Source: the human T2T-CHM13v2.0 reference genome, Homo sapiens. Taken from it: 64,000 nucleotides of DNA. Location: assembly GCF_009914755.1 (NCBI RefSeq), contig NC_060929.1; one strand, given 5' to 3'. Every line of letters begins with the position of its first letter. The first letter of the stretch is position 1. Shown one piece after another: positions 27,490 to 39,960 of the stretch. The translations under genes and the position numbers were made by a program. The notes beneath the pieces are model-generated. The model was given only the letters and a program-made list of their open reading frames with translations, was not told where the DNA came from and ran no database searches.

Positions 27490-29800
27490 AGATTTGTTCA
27501 ACAAACATTTATGGAGCATCGGTGCTTCACTTGGGACACACTGATGGATAAGTAAAGTGTTTTGTCCTAGAGGGGCTTACAATTCAATAAGGCCAGGAAG
27601 GCTATAAGTAAATAAAGGTAAGAATTCAGCAAAATCATAGCTATTCCCAGGGTGCTATGGGAGTACAGAAAAGAAGCACTTAGTAAAATCTCTTTGTCAT
27701 TTATCAAAGTTTTTTTGAGCACCAAGAATGTTCAGAGACGCTTGGATAGATGGTTGTGATTTAATAATGAATAAATCTTCATGGAGTTTATATTATTGTG
27801 ATTGATAAAAGTAAGTAAACAAAGTGATTTGTATGATGGGAAAAGTACCTGCAGAAGTATAATACAGTAAGAGTAAGCACTAGGGAACCAGCCTGGCTCT
27901 GAACAGTCTGTTTCTTCCATTTCCTAACTGCTCAACAGGATGTAAACTAATGAACTTCACAATGCCTCTGTTTCCTCATCTGCTAAGTGTGAATAATAAT
28001 CACATTTGCCCTATAGCATTATCATGAGAATTAAATAGTTTCGTATAGGTCAAATACTTAGAAGCATATCTGACACGTTAAATACTTTATGTGTTTGATA
28101 TTGTCATGTGATAAGATGACATTAAAGGAAGCAAATCAAGACTTTGATAGGAAGACTTCTGTGACAAAGTTGTATCTACGGTAAAAATGGAAATAGCTAG
28201 AGGGCAGCTGGAGGAAGTTTAGAAGGTGGTTTAAAGTGAGAGAAAAAAAAGGAAAGATCAGATTCATGCAAAAAAGTCCATAGGGGGAAAGGATCATGGC
28301 ATTTGGGGAAACTGAAATTACTGTGATATTTTTGGAGGAAGGGTTATCCAGAGACTGGAGAGAGCTGAAACTTTAAGGAAAAAATCTAGGTCAGGCATAG
28401 AGTATTAAGAAATGGCATCAAACTAAATTTACGAAATCAGCAATAATTAAGTGGGTCAAGGCGGCAAGCTAGGAAGCATAGTCTCAGAAGAGCACATAGT
28501 ATAAAGAAAGGCAGAAGTTGTATATCATTGCAGAGTACCCCAGGAGCTCCACAAACTTTGGTTTTACGAACACATAAAGTGTGGGGAAAGGAATAAAGCA
28601 AGATGAAGCTGTGTTGTCATTTAAAGACCAGGTTTCAGATATGGACCAGGTCAGGAATACTACTAACTGCCATGAAATGCCTCTTGGGAATTATCCTATG
28701 AATAATGGGGAAAACTGAAGGATTATCTTATGAGAGATGGAGAATAATTGAAGGATTTTGAGCAGCAGGTGTGGTCGTTTTTCTTCACAGCGATAAATGA
28801 ATTTAGGTAACGTGACCTCATTACAAAGCTATTGAAATACTACCAGTAAGAGCTTACAGAAGCCTAAATAGAAAGTAAATGTAGTAGGTATCAATATAGT
28901 TAAGAAGTACTTACAATTACTACTTGATAACAGCATTGTTGGAGGCATTGTAATGAGGTAACTAGTGTGCTTCTCAGTATTTTTAGGGGCTGGGGTGTTG
29001 ATGAGGTGCATTGTAGAGGAAAAGATTGTTGGACATGATAAATTCAGTGATGGCAGAGTTAAATAATGTGTTATGCAGTTAGGTGTTATGTAAGTTATCT
29101 ATCTGGGAGGATATCTGAATAGAAATATCAATGTTCAATCAATGCATTTTATATTTTGTGAAACCCCTGAGAGTAGTTGAGATCACATTTGGCAAATATT
29201 CAGAGTGAATCAATACCAGAATAACAAGTTTAAAATTTGGAGGTAATATTGATATCCCAAAGATGGACCTTCAAAAAAGTTTTTCAATGAATCATTCTAG
29301 AAGCATTAGGAGACTCAAGAGAAGATATTTACATGGAATCCAAGATACTTTGAAGTGAACATTTCTAAGAAAAATAAACACTATTTATCACTGTTTAGAC
29401 AAAAGGTGTTGAAGCAAAACATATGCTCTTGACATTATAAAGATCATCACAGATTTTTGAAAGGATAATGTATTAGAATTGTGAGAGGGAACAAAATAAG
29501 ATTACTTTGGCCTGAGAATTTAATGGAGTGTGAGTCAGTGAGAGAATGTTTACAGTTATGAGGGAGAAAAGATGAAGGGAGAGGCATTTTTAATGTAAGG
29601 ACTTGTCTGTTTTTATTTGGCTAAAAGGAAAAAGTGAGCAGAGAAACAGAAGTTTGAAATTAATAATAAGCTTAGGGGAAGAGGAGGGGGATGGTGATGG
29701 AGAAAGAGTGAAGAGACTTGGAGCAAAAGCAACTGTGGAAAAGTTGGCTTTAAAAAATAAAATAAAATATTTTTCTAATATTAAAAAGTGGAGTTGAGAT
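27490..29800 (-). mobile_element. Degenerate L2 (fragmented)
   Basis: ttcaacaaacatttatggagca at the start, purine-rich antisense L2 body (tgaaggattttgagcagcagg). Confidence 0.6.
27865..28105 (+). mobile_element. MIR SINE within the L2
   Basis: Core tgcctctgtttcctcatctgctaagtgtgaataataat...atgagaattaaat. Confidence 0.75.
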
Positions 29801-29819
29801 GGGGAGAAAGCTTTTACTT

Positions 29820-30110
29820 TTTCTGATTCAAAAGGACAGGCCTAGCTGGTGCAACTTCTCTCCTCTTCCCACTTCTTCCTGCATTGAATATTAATGCAAA
29901 ATCTAGAGATGGAGCTGCTGTCTTCCAGCCATGGGCAAAATCCAAGGTATTTTTTTTAATGTTGACCATGATGCCAATGAACTGTTGGACCAATTCCAGC
30001 AGGCTCCTCCCTCCAAGGTCATAATAATTTGAATTTTCAAAAGTTTTTATTTATGCTGTTATATATCAAGTTTTACATTACTGAAAGCCACATTAATCCT
30101 AAATGTTATA
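29820..30110 (+). mobile_element. Old MaLR LTR fragment (MLT1J/K/L-like)
   Basis: cttcttcctgcattgaat...tctagagatggagctgctgtcttccagccatg...ttactgaaagccacattaatcctaaatg. Confidence 0.55.
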
Positions 30111-31974
30111 TTTTTAAGATATTTGTATGGAAATGTATTAAATTACCAATAAGTTATTGTACTATTATATAATTGAATAAAATATTAAAGTATTATCTAT
30201 GAGAAAGTTTTATGCCTTGGCAAATTGCTTGGGCTATAATATGAAGCTATAAAGGGTAGAATACAAAGTAACATTATATATATAATATATTCTACAAATA
30301 CAGAGAAATAAACAGCTATTAATGTAATCACAATTTTAACAATTGATATGTGTAGGTAGTGAAATGATTGCTGGCTATTTTTTTTTCTTTAAACTTTGCC
30401 ATATTATCCAAATGAACATGTGTTACAGTTAAAATCTTACAGAATAAATGTTTAATAATGAAAATAAACTTGTAAATAAAGGACTTAGACAAATGAGAAA
30501 CACACTATTACTTGCTAAATAATTAATTCTCCACAAGTTTGTGGTATAGTTTTCAGAGCTTTCATATTTTGGGGGGCAAGAACTGAAAAGAAATAACTAA
30601 TTTCCCCATCCCCCAAGGCAGCTCTCTATTCATTGACAATCTGGTCTGATCATTTATTATATCACAGTTAGCTAGACAAAAAATTCCCTTTGCCAAGGAA
30701 TTTTGGCAGGGGTACTGACTCAATGAAAAACATACTGCGTTCTGTCTTGAAAAGATGGAAACCACCTTGTTTTTCTGTAGCCAAATGTGAGATCTTATAA
30801 AACCTCAGAATGAAAAAATAGTTAATTTTAAGGTTTTTCATTTGTGCCAAGTTTTTTTTTTTTTGTAGCGGGGAGGTGCCTTTTTTTCTACTTTGGCATT
30901 TGATAAATATGAGGAAGACAAAGCAAATCATTCTGGATTTCATCCAACCTCAACCTTGGGTGGAGAATGGACACTGATTAAAACATTTCATTAGACATTT
31001 TTATCCTGTCTTCTGCTGACCAGTTTGGGAAGTCAATGTGGAATTATTACTTTCAAGTCTATTATCATATAAAGTCATAGATTTTGAATGGAACTACACG
31101 TTTGAGACATGTTATCGATTGTACTCAATGTGCCTATGTATACACACACATAAATACATATTATTTAAATAAACTCAAACTACTCAACATAATCTCCAGA
31201 CATATATTAAATAAGCCAAAACTATGTAAAATCTGAAAAATATTCTTCAACCAATGTGAAATTCTTCAGATTTTGATATACTGCTCATAAAATGCCTATT
31301 CAGAATGTACATTTCATATTGCAAATCTGAGCTAAATAAACATTACAGCACAATATCTTCATAATATGGACCTCTTTTCTTCTTTATAATTGTCAAGGCC
31401 AAATAAACAATTTATATTTTAAAACATATAGATGATTTGTTACTCTCAACAAGACAGCTTTATTTTCAATTACTAGAGAGTCTAATCAGTGCTTGGGATC
31501 AATACATGGTTAGAAAACTTTCCAAGTTATTCAAAATCTGTGTTTTCACTATTTTTCTTTTCTCTACAACTGAAAAAAAAGCACGTCATTTATTCATTAC
31601 AGATTTTTGCCTTCAAATCATGTGTTCTTCACCTTAAAGACCAAAAGGAAAGACTGATCATCAGTAGACTTAATTCTGTCCTAAATGGTCTACTTTAACT
31701 ATACAAGGAAGACTGTGTTTATCTAGAATAGTCTTAAGCAGTTGATGATATAAAAGTTTTAAATTAAATGAAATGTATCTAGCAAGCTTATTTTTAATCT
31801 TCTTAGCATGTTCAGTTGCACCTCCAAGTTAATATGGCCTGATGCTTTCATTTAAATCCCTGGCTTCCCATAACCAGCCTTCTTCCAGATACCCCTTCCT
31901 GCTCTGGAGGTAAAGCTTTAATGACATCCAACTTGGGCAGAGAGAAGAGTAACAGGCTTGAATTCACCTTGATC

Positions 31975-32056
31975 ATCTGCAACAGACATTGTATGGCCCA
32001 CAATACCTAAAATAGTTACATTCTGGTCCTTCAGAGAAAAGTTTGCCAACCCTTGG
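31975..32056. mobile_element. MER58 (hAT-Charlie) terminal fragment
   Basis: tatggcccacaatacctaaaatagttacattctggtccttcagagaaaagtttgccaacccttg. Confidence 0.75.
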
Positions 32057-32270
32057 TTTATAGCTGCAGTGCTTTCATTATTCACATCTTCACTCCATTT
32101 CCTGGAGAGATTCAGGTAACCTGCACAAATCACCCAGCTGTACACCCACTTCAGACAAAAATGCCTTCAGATAATTTTTGGATCCTGGGATGACAAATAG
32201 AACTTTTATGTCCACGAAAAAATAAACATCTTCCTGCATTTATCTTGGTTCTTTATAATCCTTAGGCTGA

Positions 32271-32615
<345 letters not shown>

Positions 32616-32699
32616 AATGGAATAAGTTTTGAAGTTTTGAAGAACTATAGAAAATGATGGGATTTCAAGAGTATTCTAACTACATACATTATAAGGTGT

Positions 32700-33069
32700 T
32701 GTCTTAGGCTAGTAGGGCTGCTATAACAAAATATTACAACTGGGTAGCTTATCACCAACAAAAACACAAATTTATTTCTCATTTCTGGTGGCTGGGAAGT
32801 ATAAAATCAAAGCATTGGCGTATTTGGTGTCTGGTGAAGGCCTGCTTTCTGGTTCACCCATGGTGCCTTCTCTCTCATGGTGTTCTCCATGGTGGAACTG
32901 TTAGCTAGCTCTCTGGAGTCAGTTTTATAAAGGAACTAATCCCATTTATGAGGGTTCTGTCCTCACGACCTAATCACCTCTCAAAGGCTCACCTGGTAAT
33001 ACCATAACTTTGGCAGCTAGCTTTCAACCTATGAATTTTGGAGGAGAAACAAATATTCAGACCACAGCA
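32700..33069 (-). mobile_element. MLT1A/MLT1A0 MaLR solo LTR
   Basis: tgtcttagg...gggctgctataacaaaata...tggtgtctggtgaaggcc...gacctaatcacctc...attcagaccacagca; TG...CA ends, gtgt on both flanks. Confidence 0.88.
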
Positions 33070-34359
33070 GTGTGAATACCTAGTTACAAACTTTCCAATA
33101 CTTAGTTATAAACTTTCTATATATCCAATGGAATATATTACAATATTTAAAAAACATAGTTCACAGTATATAAAAAGTTCTAGAATCACCATTATTTCTT
33201 TAAGTGTAGATGGGTTTTTATTTTTTTTTCTAATGAGCCTGTAAAGTTTAGTCACATGTCAACATTAACACTGGAATAAAGTAGCACTTAGTTTTGATAA
33301 GTCTGTATCATAGAATAAAAAACTAAAAAAAGAGGCCAGCTTTGTATTTCTATTTCTAATCCTTCTCCTCCCAGATTCTACACTTCTATCAAGCATAGCC
33401 TGATCTCACTGGTTAATCTTCTGTCAGGTGGAAATCTGAAACTAAGGGTTACTATTCAATATCATGATGGCCAGTTCAATAATAGCTAGTGAGTTTTCAT
33501 TACAGTGTGTTTTCTTAATACTATCCATTCCTTCCACATTAGCTATAAGAAACTAAAACTTCTGTAGGAAAAAAAAAAAAAACCTTACATAATATCCCAT
33601 AATGATCTCTAGGATCATCCTGCCTTCAACTGCCACTATTTTTGGGGAAAACTAACAAACTAAACACACAAACTTACTTGTTAAATAAAAGCAACAATTA
33701 TTTAATAATCTCTTTTGAAGAAATATTTCTACTGATATCCATCAAAGGAAGAGGCATTTTTTAATTTTTTTAAGCAGTTATGTATTTAAGTACCTCTTTA
33801 AGATAAAAACCATCAGAAATGAAATGAAATTCATTTTGAAAACTATGGTAACCCTCTGTCAGATGCTATATATTAGCTTTATCACTATGTGTTACCAAAT
33901 TCACATTTTAAAGAATAGGCATCCTCTTCTATTAACAAGAATGCTATAACCTTAATGATTACACAGGTTTGTTTTAAATATAAGAAATACATAGCTATAT
34001 TAGAAACATCTAGATAAAAGCTGATGTGTGGTTTAGAATGGTAATGACCGCAATAAAGTTTCTGTGGTATCAATTTACCTAGAGTAGATCCTACGGCATT
34101 TTGACATTTCCTCTTCTAGGTGATTTCTTAAAATTGCTGATGTATTATCAGAATTACATCTGAAGTGCCCATCATTTCATAAGTCTGAATTTTTACCATA
34201 GGCTGACAAGATTGTATTACTGAGTCAGAATATGCTTTCATTTTTGTATCTTCTTTTAGTAGAATTGAAACACAAATAAGGGAAGGATCTCATCATTACA
34301 TCTAATATTTTTTGGAAGTTTTTTTCCCATCAAGAAGTAAGTGTAAATATGAGATAGCA

Positions 34360-34790
34360 GGAGATTAAGGCTAAAATTAGTTTACGATGTAATGATAATT
34401 TATTCAAAAATAAATGGAAATGCTATTAAAATATATGAGTTTAGTAAAGTTTAATTTATGAAATAAATATAATAGCATTGCCAATTATGCAAATGAAACA
34501 AAAGAACCCATCCGCAATAGCAATATTATTTTTAATGAGAGCAAACTTAACAAGGAAAATGCAATGTGAATATGAAGAAAAATATAAACACGAGTGAAGG
34601 ACAGTAAATAAGACTTGTGTTAGAGGCAAACCTTGGTTGTAGGGGATGACTCAATATTGTAAATTTATTAATTCAAGTCAAGTCAATGTATAAATATTAT
34701 ATTCATTGTAATACAAACTTTAATGGAATATATTTTTAATGTGAAATAATTTTAGCATCCATCTGCAATAGACAAAGGTGCACAAGAAAT
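34360..34790 (+). mobile_element. Ancient L1ME ORF2 fragment (continues ~35855-35980 and ~37420-37910)
   Basis: Degenerate ORF2 DNA (gagtttagtaaagtt, gactcaatattgtaaa, tactacacagctgtt...catagtactggtag) interrupted by later insertions. Confidence 0.55.
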
Positions 34791-34809
34791 ATTTGATGAA
34801 TCAGTCAAT

Positions 34810-35855
34810 CAATCATGAATACTTGAGGCTTAATGCCTAGATCTTGGTTTTTGAAACCTTCAACCAATTAACGAAACAAGATACCCTTGGACAAATGAGT
34901 GATTCTAAGTCTAAGGCAGAAAATATATGAAATCATTCTGGAGCATCTTTCAATGCTAGAAAATAAGAAAGTGCTCAAAAAACCCACAGTCAGGTGGGTG
35001 TGTGAAAGGAATGCACAAGCCAAAAGAAAGAGCTTCTGATGGCCAAAGCTGCAACAATAAAATGCATAAAATAATATACAATAAATTTCTCTATGCTTAT
35101 ATGAATAAATGATTAAAGAAATAAGTGGACAGTATATGCAAATCTTCTATGTGTAATTCCAAATAATGTATGTAGAGACACTACTGTCAAGTAAATAAAG
35201 CATAACTTCCCATTTCTTAAGCGGGGAGTTCACATAGTAACTTCATTCTAAAAAATACAAGATAGGAATCAAAAATAAAAGAGTGATTTTTACAGTGGAG
35301 AAACCTGGCAAACACTATCTCAGCCAGATGATCAATATTAACATCAACAGTGAGAAGTCACGTTGATAGTATGTACCCTTAAATGATGTCATGTGCTGAA
35401 CACATTTTTTATGTGGTGTTGCCTCTGAAAACCTTTATCCTAAGTCTAATCATGAAAAAAAAAAAATCAGAAAATTTCCAGTAAAGGTAGAGGTCTATAA
35501 TATCTGACCAATACTCATCAAATTTAAGTTAAGCAAAGCCGAGAAAGTCTGAGAAACTTTTAAAGCCAACAGGAGACTAAAGAGGAAAGATGACTATTGT
35601 AATATGGTATCCTGTAAGGATTACTGGAACAGTAAAAAAAATATATATATATATAGATTTCAGGTAAAGACTGAAGATATCTGTATGAAGTAGGAACCTT
35701 TGTTAATAATGTATCAATATTGGTTCATATTAATATAAAATGTTAATAGTAGGAAAACTGAAAATAGAGTGTTTAGCAACATCTACGTAATTTTCAAAAT
35801 TATTCTGTAAATCTGAAACATGTCTAAAGTTTTTAAAAATGTTTATTTAAAAAGG
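34810..35855 (+). mobile_element. L1MC3/4-like long 3'UTR
   Basis: gagcttctgatggccaaagctg, tacagtggagaaacctggcaaacactatctcagccagatgatcaa, ttctgtaaatctgaaac. Confidence 0.75.
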
Positions 35856-36004
35856 ACATTTGGAATTCCAAATATTAAAATCCACTACACAGCTGTTATT
35901 ATTTATAAATCATAGTACTGGTAGAAAGTTGGAAAAGCAAATCACTGCATAAAATTAGTCTAGAAATAAAGCTAAGGATTACATACTTAGCTTATAAATT
36001 ATTA

Positions 36005-37385
36005 ATTAAACAGATATTTATTAAGAATCTTCTAAGAGCCAGGCACCATTCTGGACAATGAACATAAAGCAGTGAACAAAATACACTAAAAAAAAAATGC
36101 CCTCATTAAGCTCACATTCTAGTCAAAGAGACAGGCAATAAACAAATAAGTAAAACATGGTATGTTTCAGATGTTCATAAATGCTATTAATGAAAATTAA
36201 CTAAGCAAGGGGAATATGAAGTGCTAGCTCTGATGTAGCAATTTTGAATGGGTTGGCCAAAAAGACCGTACTAAAAAGGTGAGATTTGAGAAAAACTGAG
36301 AAAGATGAGGGAGTGAACAATAGAGATACGTGGGGAAAGATGACTCCAGACAGTAAGAAAGGAAGGGTCCTGAAGCATCTGTATGTTAGGCTGATTAGAA
36401 AACACAGAAGTGAAGCAGTTTGAGTAATACAAGGAAGAAGGAGACAGAGCTTTAGGTTGTCTGAGCAAGGAAATGATGTGGTTGATATTCTTAAGAGTAT
36501 AATAAGGGATATAGAGATTTTCCTATCAATGAGCTAAGATATTTTTAGATGGTTATGAACAGAAGCAGTGCATAATCTGACCTATATGTTAAAGAAAAGT
36601 TTTGGCTTTGTCCTTAAAATTGAGTGGAGGAGAAAAATAGTGAAATCAGGGAAACTGATTCAATTTCACTGTTGACATGATCCAGATAAAAGATAATGGT
36701 AGCTTTGACTAGGATGGTACCAATGAAATTAGTGAACTTTTAGCACATTTTGAGAGAAAATCTGATGGTCTGTGGTCATTGATTGGATGTGGGGTTTCAG
36801 AGAACTAGAAGAACCAATATGAATCTAAGGTGTTAGTCCTGAGCAATGTGAAGGATGGAATTTCCATTTTTTGAGATAAGGATTACAGGGGAAAGAGGTT
36901 TGGGACCAAATACAGGTATTGGTTTTGATTTTGTTGAGTTTGAGATGCTCTTTGGATATGCGAATGGTCATGTCACGTAGGTATACACTGTATAAATATG
37001 AAATATGGGGTAAAGTTCTGGAATGGAGATGTAAATCTCCATATAGATGTATTTAAACCAAAAAGACTGAATAAAAATATCTAGGGAGTAAATGTAGCAA
37101 CAGAAGAGAGGAAGTTGAAGGACTGAGCCTTAGAAAATTAGAACATTAAAAATCAGTAACTTAGAAGAAGAAACTAGTAAAAGAGGCTGAGAAGGACCAC
37201 CTGGTGAGATAAGAGAAAGTAAGAAGCTAGTCAAGTGGACCAAATGGTGGGATGGGTGATACAACAGGCAAGACAAGAGCTGAGAATTGGAATTTGGATT
37301 TTATAAACTACGTAGATGTCATGGATAATGGTCCTGAAGTATCAGCTAAAGTTTGATTCGTGTGGTAAAAGAGAGACTTGGAAAA
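36005..37385 (-). mobile_element. L2a/b LINE-2
   Basis: aaacagatatttattaag...gccaggcaccattctgg...aagctcacattctagt; ttgagtttgagatgc; aggactgagcct. Confidence 0.85.
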
Positions 37386-37520
37386 GAGAAATAAGATCCA
37401 GTAAGTTTAGAGACCTCTCCACGGTGGCATTTACAATTGTTGACGAAATAATAAATTGTCAAATAAACAGTGCTAAAACAATTAGTTTACCACTCCAATA
37501 ATAATAATAATAAATCGCTG

Positions 37521-37620
37521 AAAGGAAGGAAGGACAGAAGGAAAAAGGGAAGGAAGGAAGGTAGGAGGGGAGGAAGGAAGGATGGAAGGAAGGAGGGAGG
37601 GAGGGAGGGAGGGAGGGATG
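37521..37620. repeat. (GGAA)n/(GGGA)n purine tract
   Basis: Direct read. Confidence 0.9.
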
Positions 37621-37924
37621 AATTAGATCTCTCTCTCAAAATACAAATAAATACTCAGAAGGATTAAAATTTAAATGCAACTATATAAATATATTTATAT
37701 GTTGTGTTGGGGAAATTTATATATATTGATATGTGTATATTATTTACATATGTAATTATACATACAAGGCATGTTAACCAAAATATTAATGGCAGAAAAC
37801 AGAAGAAAAGGATGAAAATTTTAATAAATAAAATTCGGAACTTTGGTATGTTCACAAGACATTGTAAAATAAAAAGATAAATGAATTTGGAAAAAATTAT
37901 AATTTATATGCATCGTGCAAATTA

Positions 37925-38510
37925 CATATCACTATTCTTTTGGCCCTACGTTGGTCCTCACCTCACATATTCTGCTTTGTGTCCCCAAAGCTGGGCCCTC
38001 TAAAGTGCTCTCTCCAGACTTCCTAACTAGCTGGCTTTTGGTAAGCTTTGCCATTGGACGAGAGGGAATAGATATTAAAAGGCAGGATGAAGGAAAAAAG
38101 CATGTTCTGCATCTAGCTCTAAAAGAAGTAGTTGCCGACCTTGGCTCTGGTGACATTGATGGGGAGACAGTCATGATCTTTAGCAGCTGTGGCAGTAGTA
38201 GGCCAAACAGAGGCCCCTCTTTGGAGGTCCAGTCCAGCAGCATCAGTGCTGGTTTGGAGACTGAATTGCTGCAGGGGCATATACAACAGCACAGCAGCAG
38301 GTGTCCGCTTATGGTTCCAACTCAGGGTCATTTGCAGCTTTCTGATCTCAGTGTAAAAATCTGTCATCCTTCCTATACTCCTATATCACTCTCCTCTCCT
38401 TTTTCTTCCTTCAGAGTTTTCAAAACATTAATGCCCTATCCCATGTATGGAACTGTTTGAAACAGTCAATACAGTTTCTGTTTTTATGACTATCTTCTGA
38501 ATGATAAAGA
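37925..38510 (+). mobile_element. Old ERVL LTR (LTR33/LTR16-like)
   Basis: ctagctggcttttggtaagctttgccattgga and 3' end gtttctgtttttatgact...ctgaatgata resemble the LTR33 family; accounts for the GC-richer ORFs here. Confidence 0.55.
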
Positions 38511-39509
38511 AAGCCTAAGTTTTGATGTCCTTAATAAGCACAAATAAAAATCTTTAGAAAATAAGTGTACCAATAGAAAGTGGGCAATGGAATGAAGAAT
38601 TTTCTAAAATCAAATAAAAATGTCTGATATCAAATAATCAAATACCAATATACCAAATACCAAACTGTGAACTTTGTTGAACATTTGGATTCTCTCCTCT
38701 CACCATAGTCAGGGCCACTGTGGGGAGGGTGGTCCCTCTTCTCTCTTTCTCTGCTCAGAGCATGTCCTTCTGCCTACTGCTTAGTAATCTGGATTCTGAT
38801 CTCATTAGATTCAAGCTCAAGGAGACACAGTACAGAAGGGTACAGTCTTCTACAGCAGTAGGTGTATATGATTTCCATCTCTGTCCCTTATGGTAACTTC
38901 CTGGGCACTTCAGAGGCCCCCTCACCTGCCCACTCCTGCCACACCTCCACCATAGCTGTGATGCAGCTTTTTTCCAAGTAACTGTTCTTCCTGCAGGCCC
39001 GATTTTTCCTGTAGTCCATGCCCCTGTAGAACCTTCTAGGTAGTTTTCATGGGTAGTCATTACAGTAGCTCTATGTTCTCCTTCCTGTGGTCCCCGAACA
39101 CTCATGCCTCAGTTAGGAAAGTTTTAGTTCCCAAATATTACTACCCTCTTTCTGCCTAGAGGCTTTGGGGTAGTAACCATGTTCTTTTGCCTTGTTATCC
39201 TTCTGGCATGTTCCAAAGAACAGCTCAAAGTGTCCATTTACATAGTATAGGGGATAAATCTCAAGCAATCTGATGGGCCTTTTTTGAGCTTCTATAAATG
39301 GACTTGAGAGAAAGCAAATAGGGGGAGGCTGGGAGTCACAGCACAGGAACTCTACTCTCCAAAAAGAAAGCAAAGCAAAACAAAACCCTCTTTACAAACT
39401 TGCTTCTTATGCTCTGAACCTATTCCTACCTATTATCTTGGCTAGTAGTCCCCATGTAAAGGACCTTCATGTCATAAAACCATTCTCAAACATTACTTTT
39501 AACTTTGGT

Positions 39510-39960
39510 CTGTCATCTTACTTACATGCAACATATATTGTGTCATAAGTCCCTGATATTATTATCCTGTTGCATAAATATATGTGTGTATAATAGTTAG
39601 ACTTCTAAATAAGGTTTTTATATAGTACCTATTCTTCTTTATTCTCCTAAATATATATTAGAATTATTTCCTTATAACAATGAATATTTTGCTTTCATAA
39701 AATTTTAATGACCATGGATTATTCTTTTCTATGAATGCACCATATTTTATGTAAAATGTCTCCTACTTTGGACGAACTGCCTATGATTATTTTCCCCAAA
39801 TTTCACTATGGTTAACAAAGTACTACTAATATAAACTCTTTGTGGAAACATTCATATATTTCTTAGGATAAATTCTTTGAAAGAAGTGCTGAGTCAAATG
39901 TATGCACATTTTTAAGAGTTTTGGTATATATTGCTAAATTGTTCTCTGGAATGTTTGTCT
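39510..39960 (-). mobile_element. Ancient L1ME 3' fragment
   Basis: tttcttaggataaattc...gctgagtcaaatgtatgcacatttt...ttgctaaattg. Confidence 0.6.

Noticed and set aside
37470-37667. Lys/Arg/Glu/Gly-rich ORF
   Set aside because: Translation of the (GGAA)n repeat.
37915-38460. 181-aa ORF with overlapping antisense ORFs
   Set aside because: Non-ATG start, lies within an LTR33-like LTR, no recognisable domain.
38625-39430. Short degenerate ATCAAAT/ACCAAAT repeat followed by a GC-richer block with minus-strand ORFs
   Set aside because: Probably slippage plus an old repeat (for example an L1M 5' region); I could not assign it and see no coding signal.
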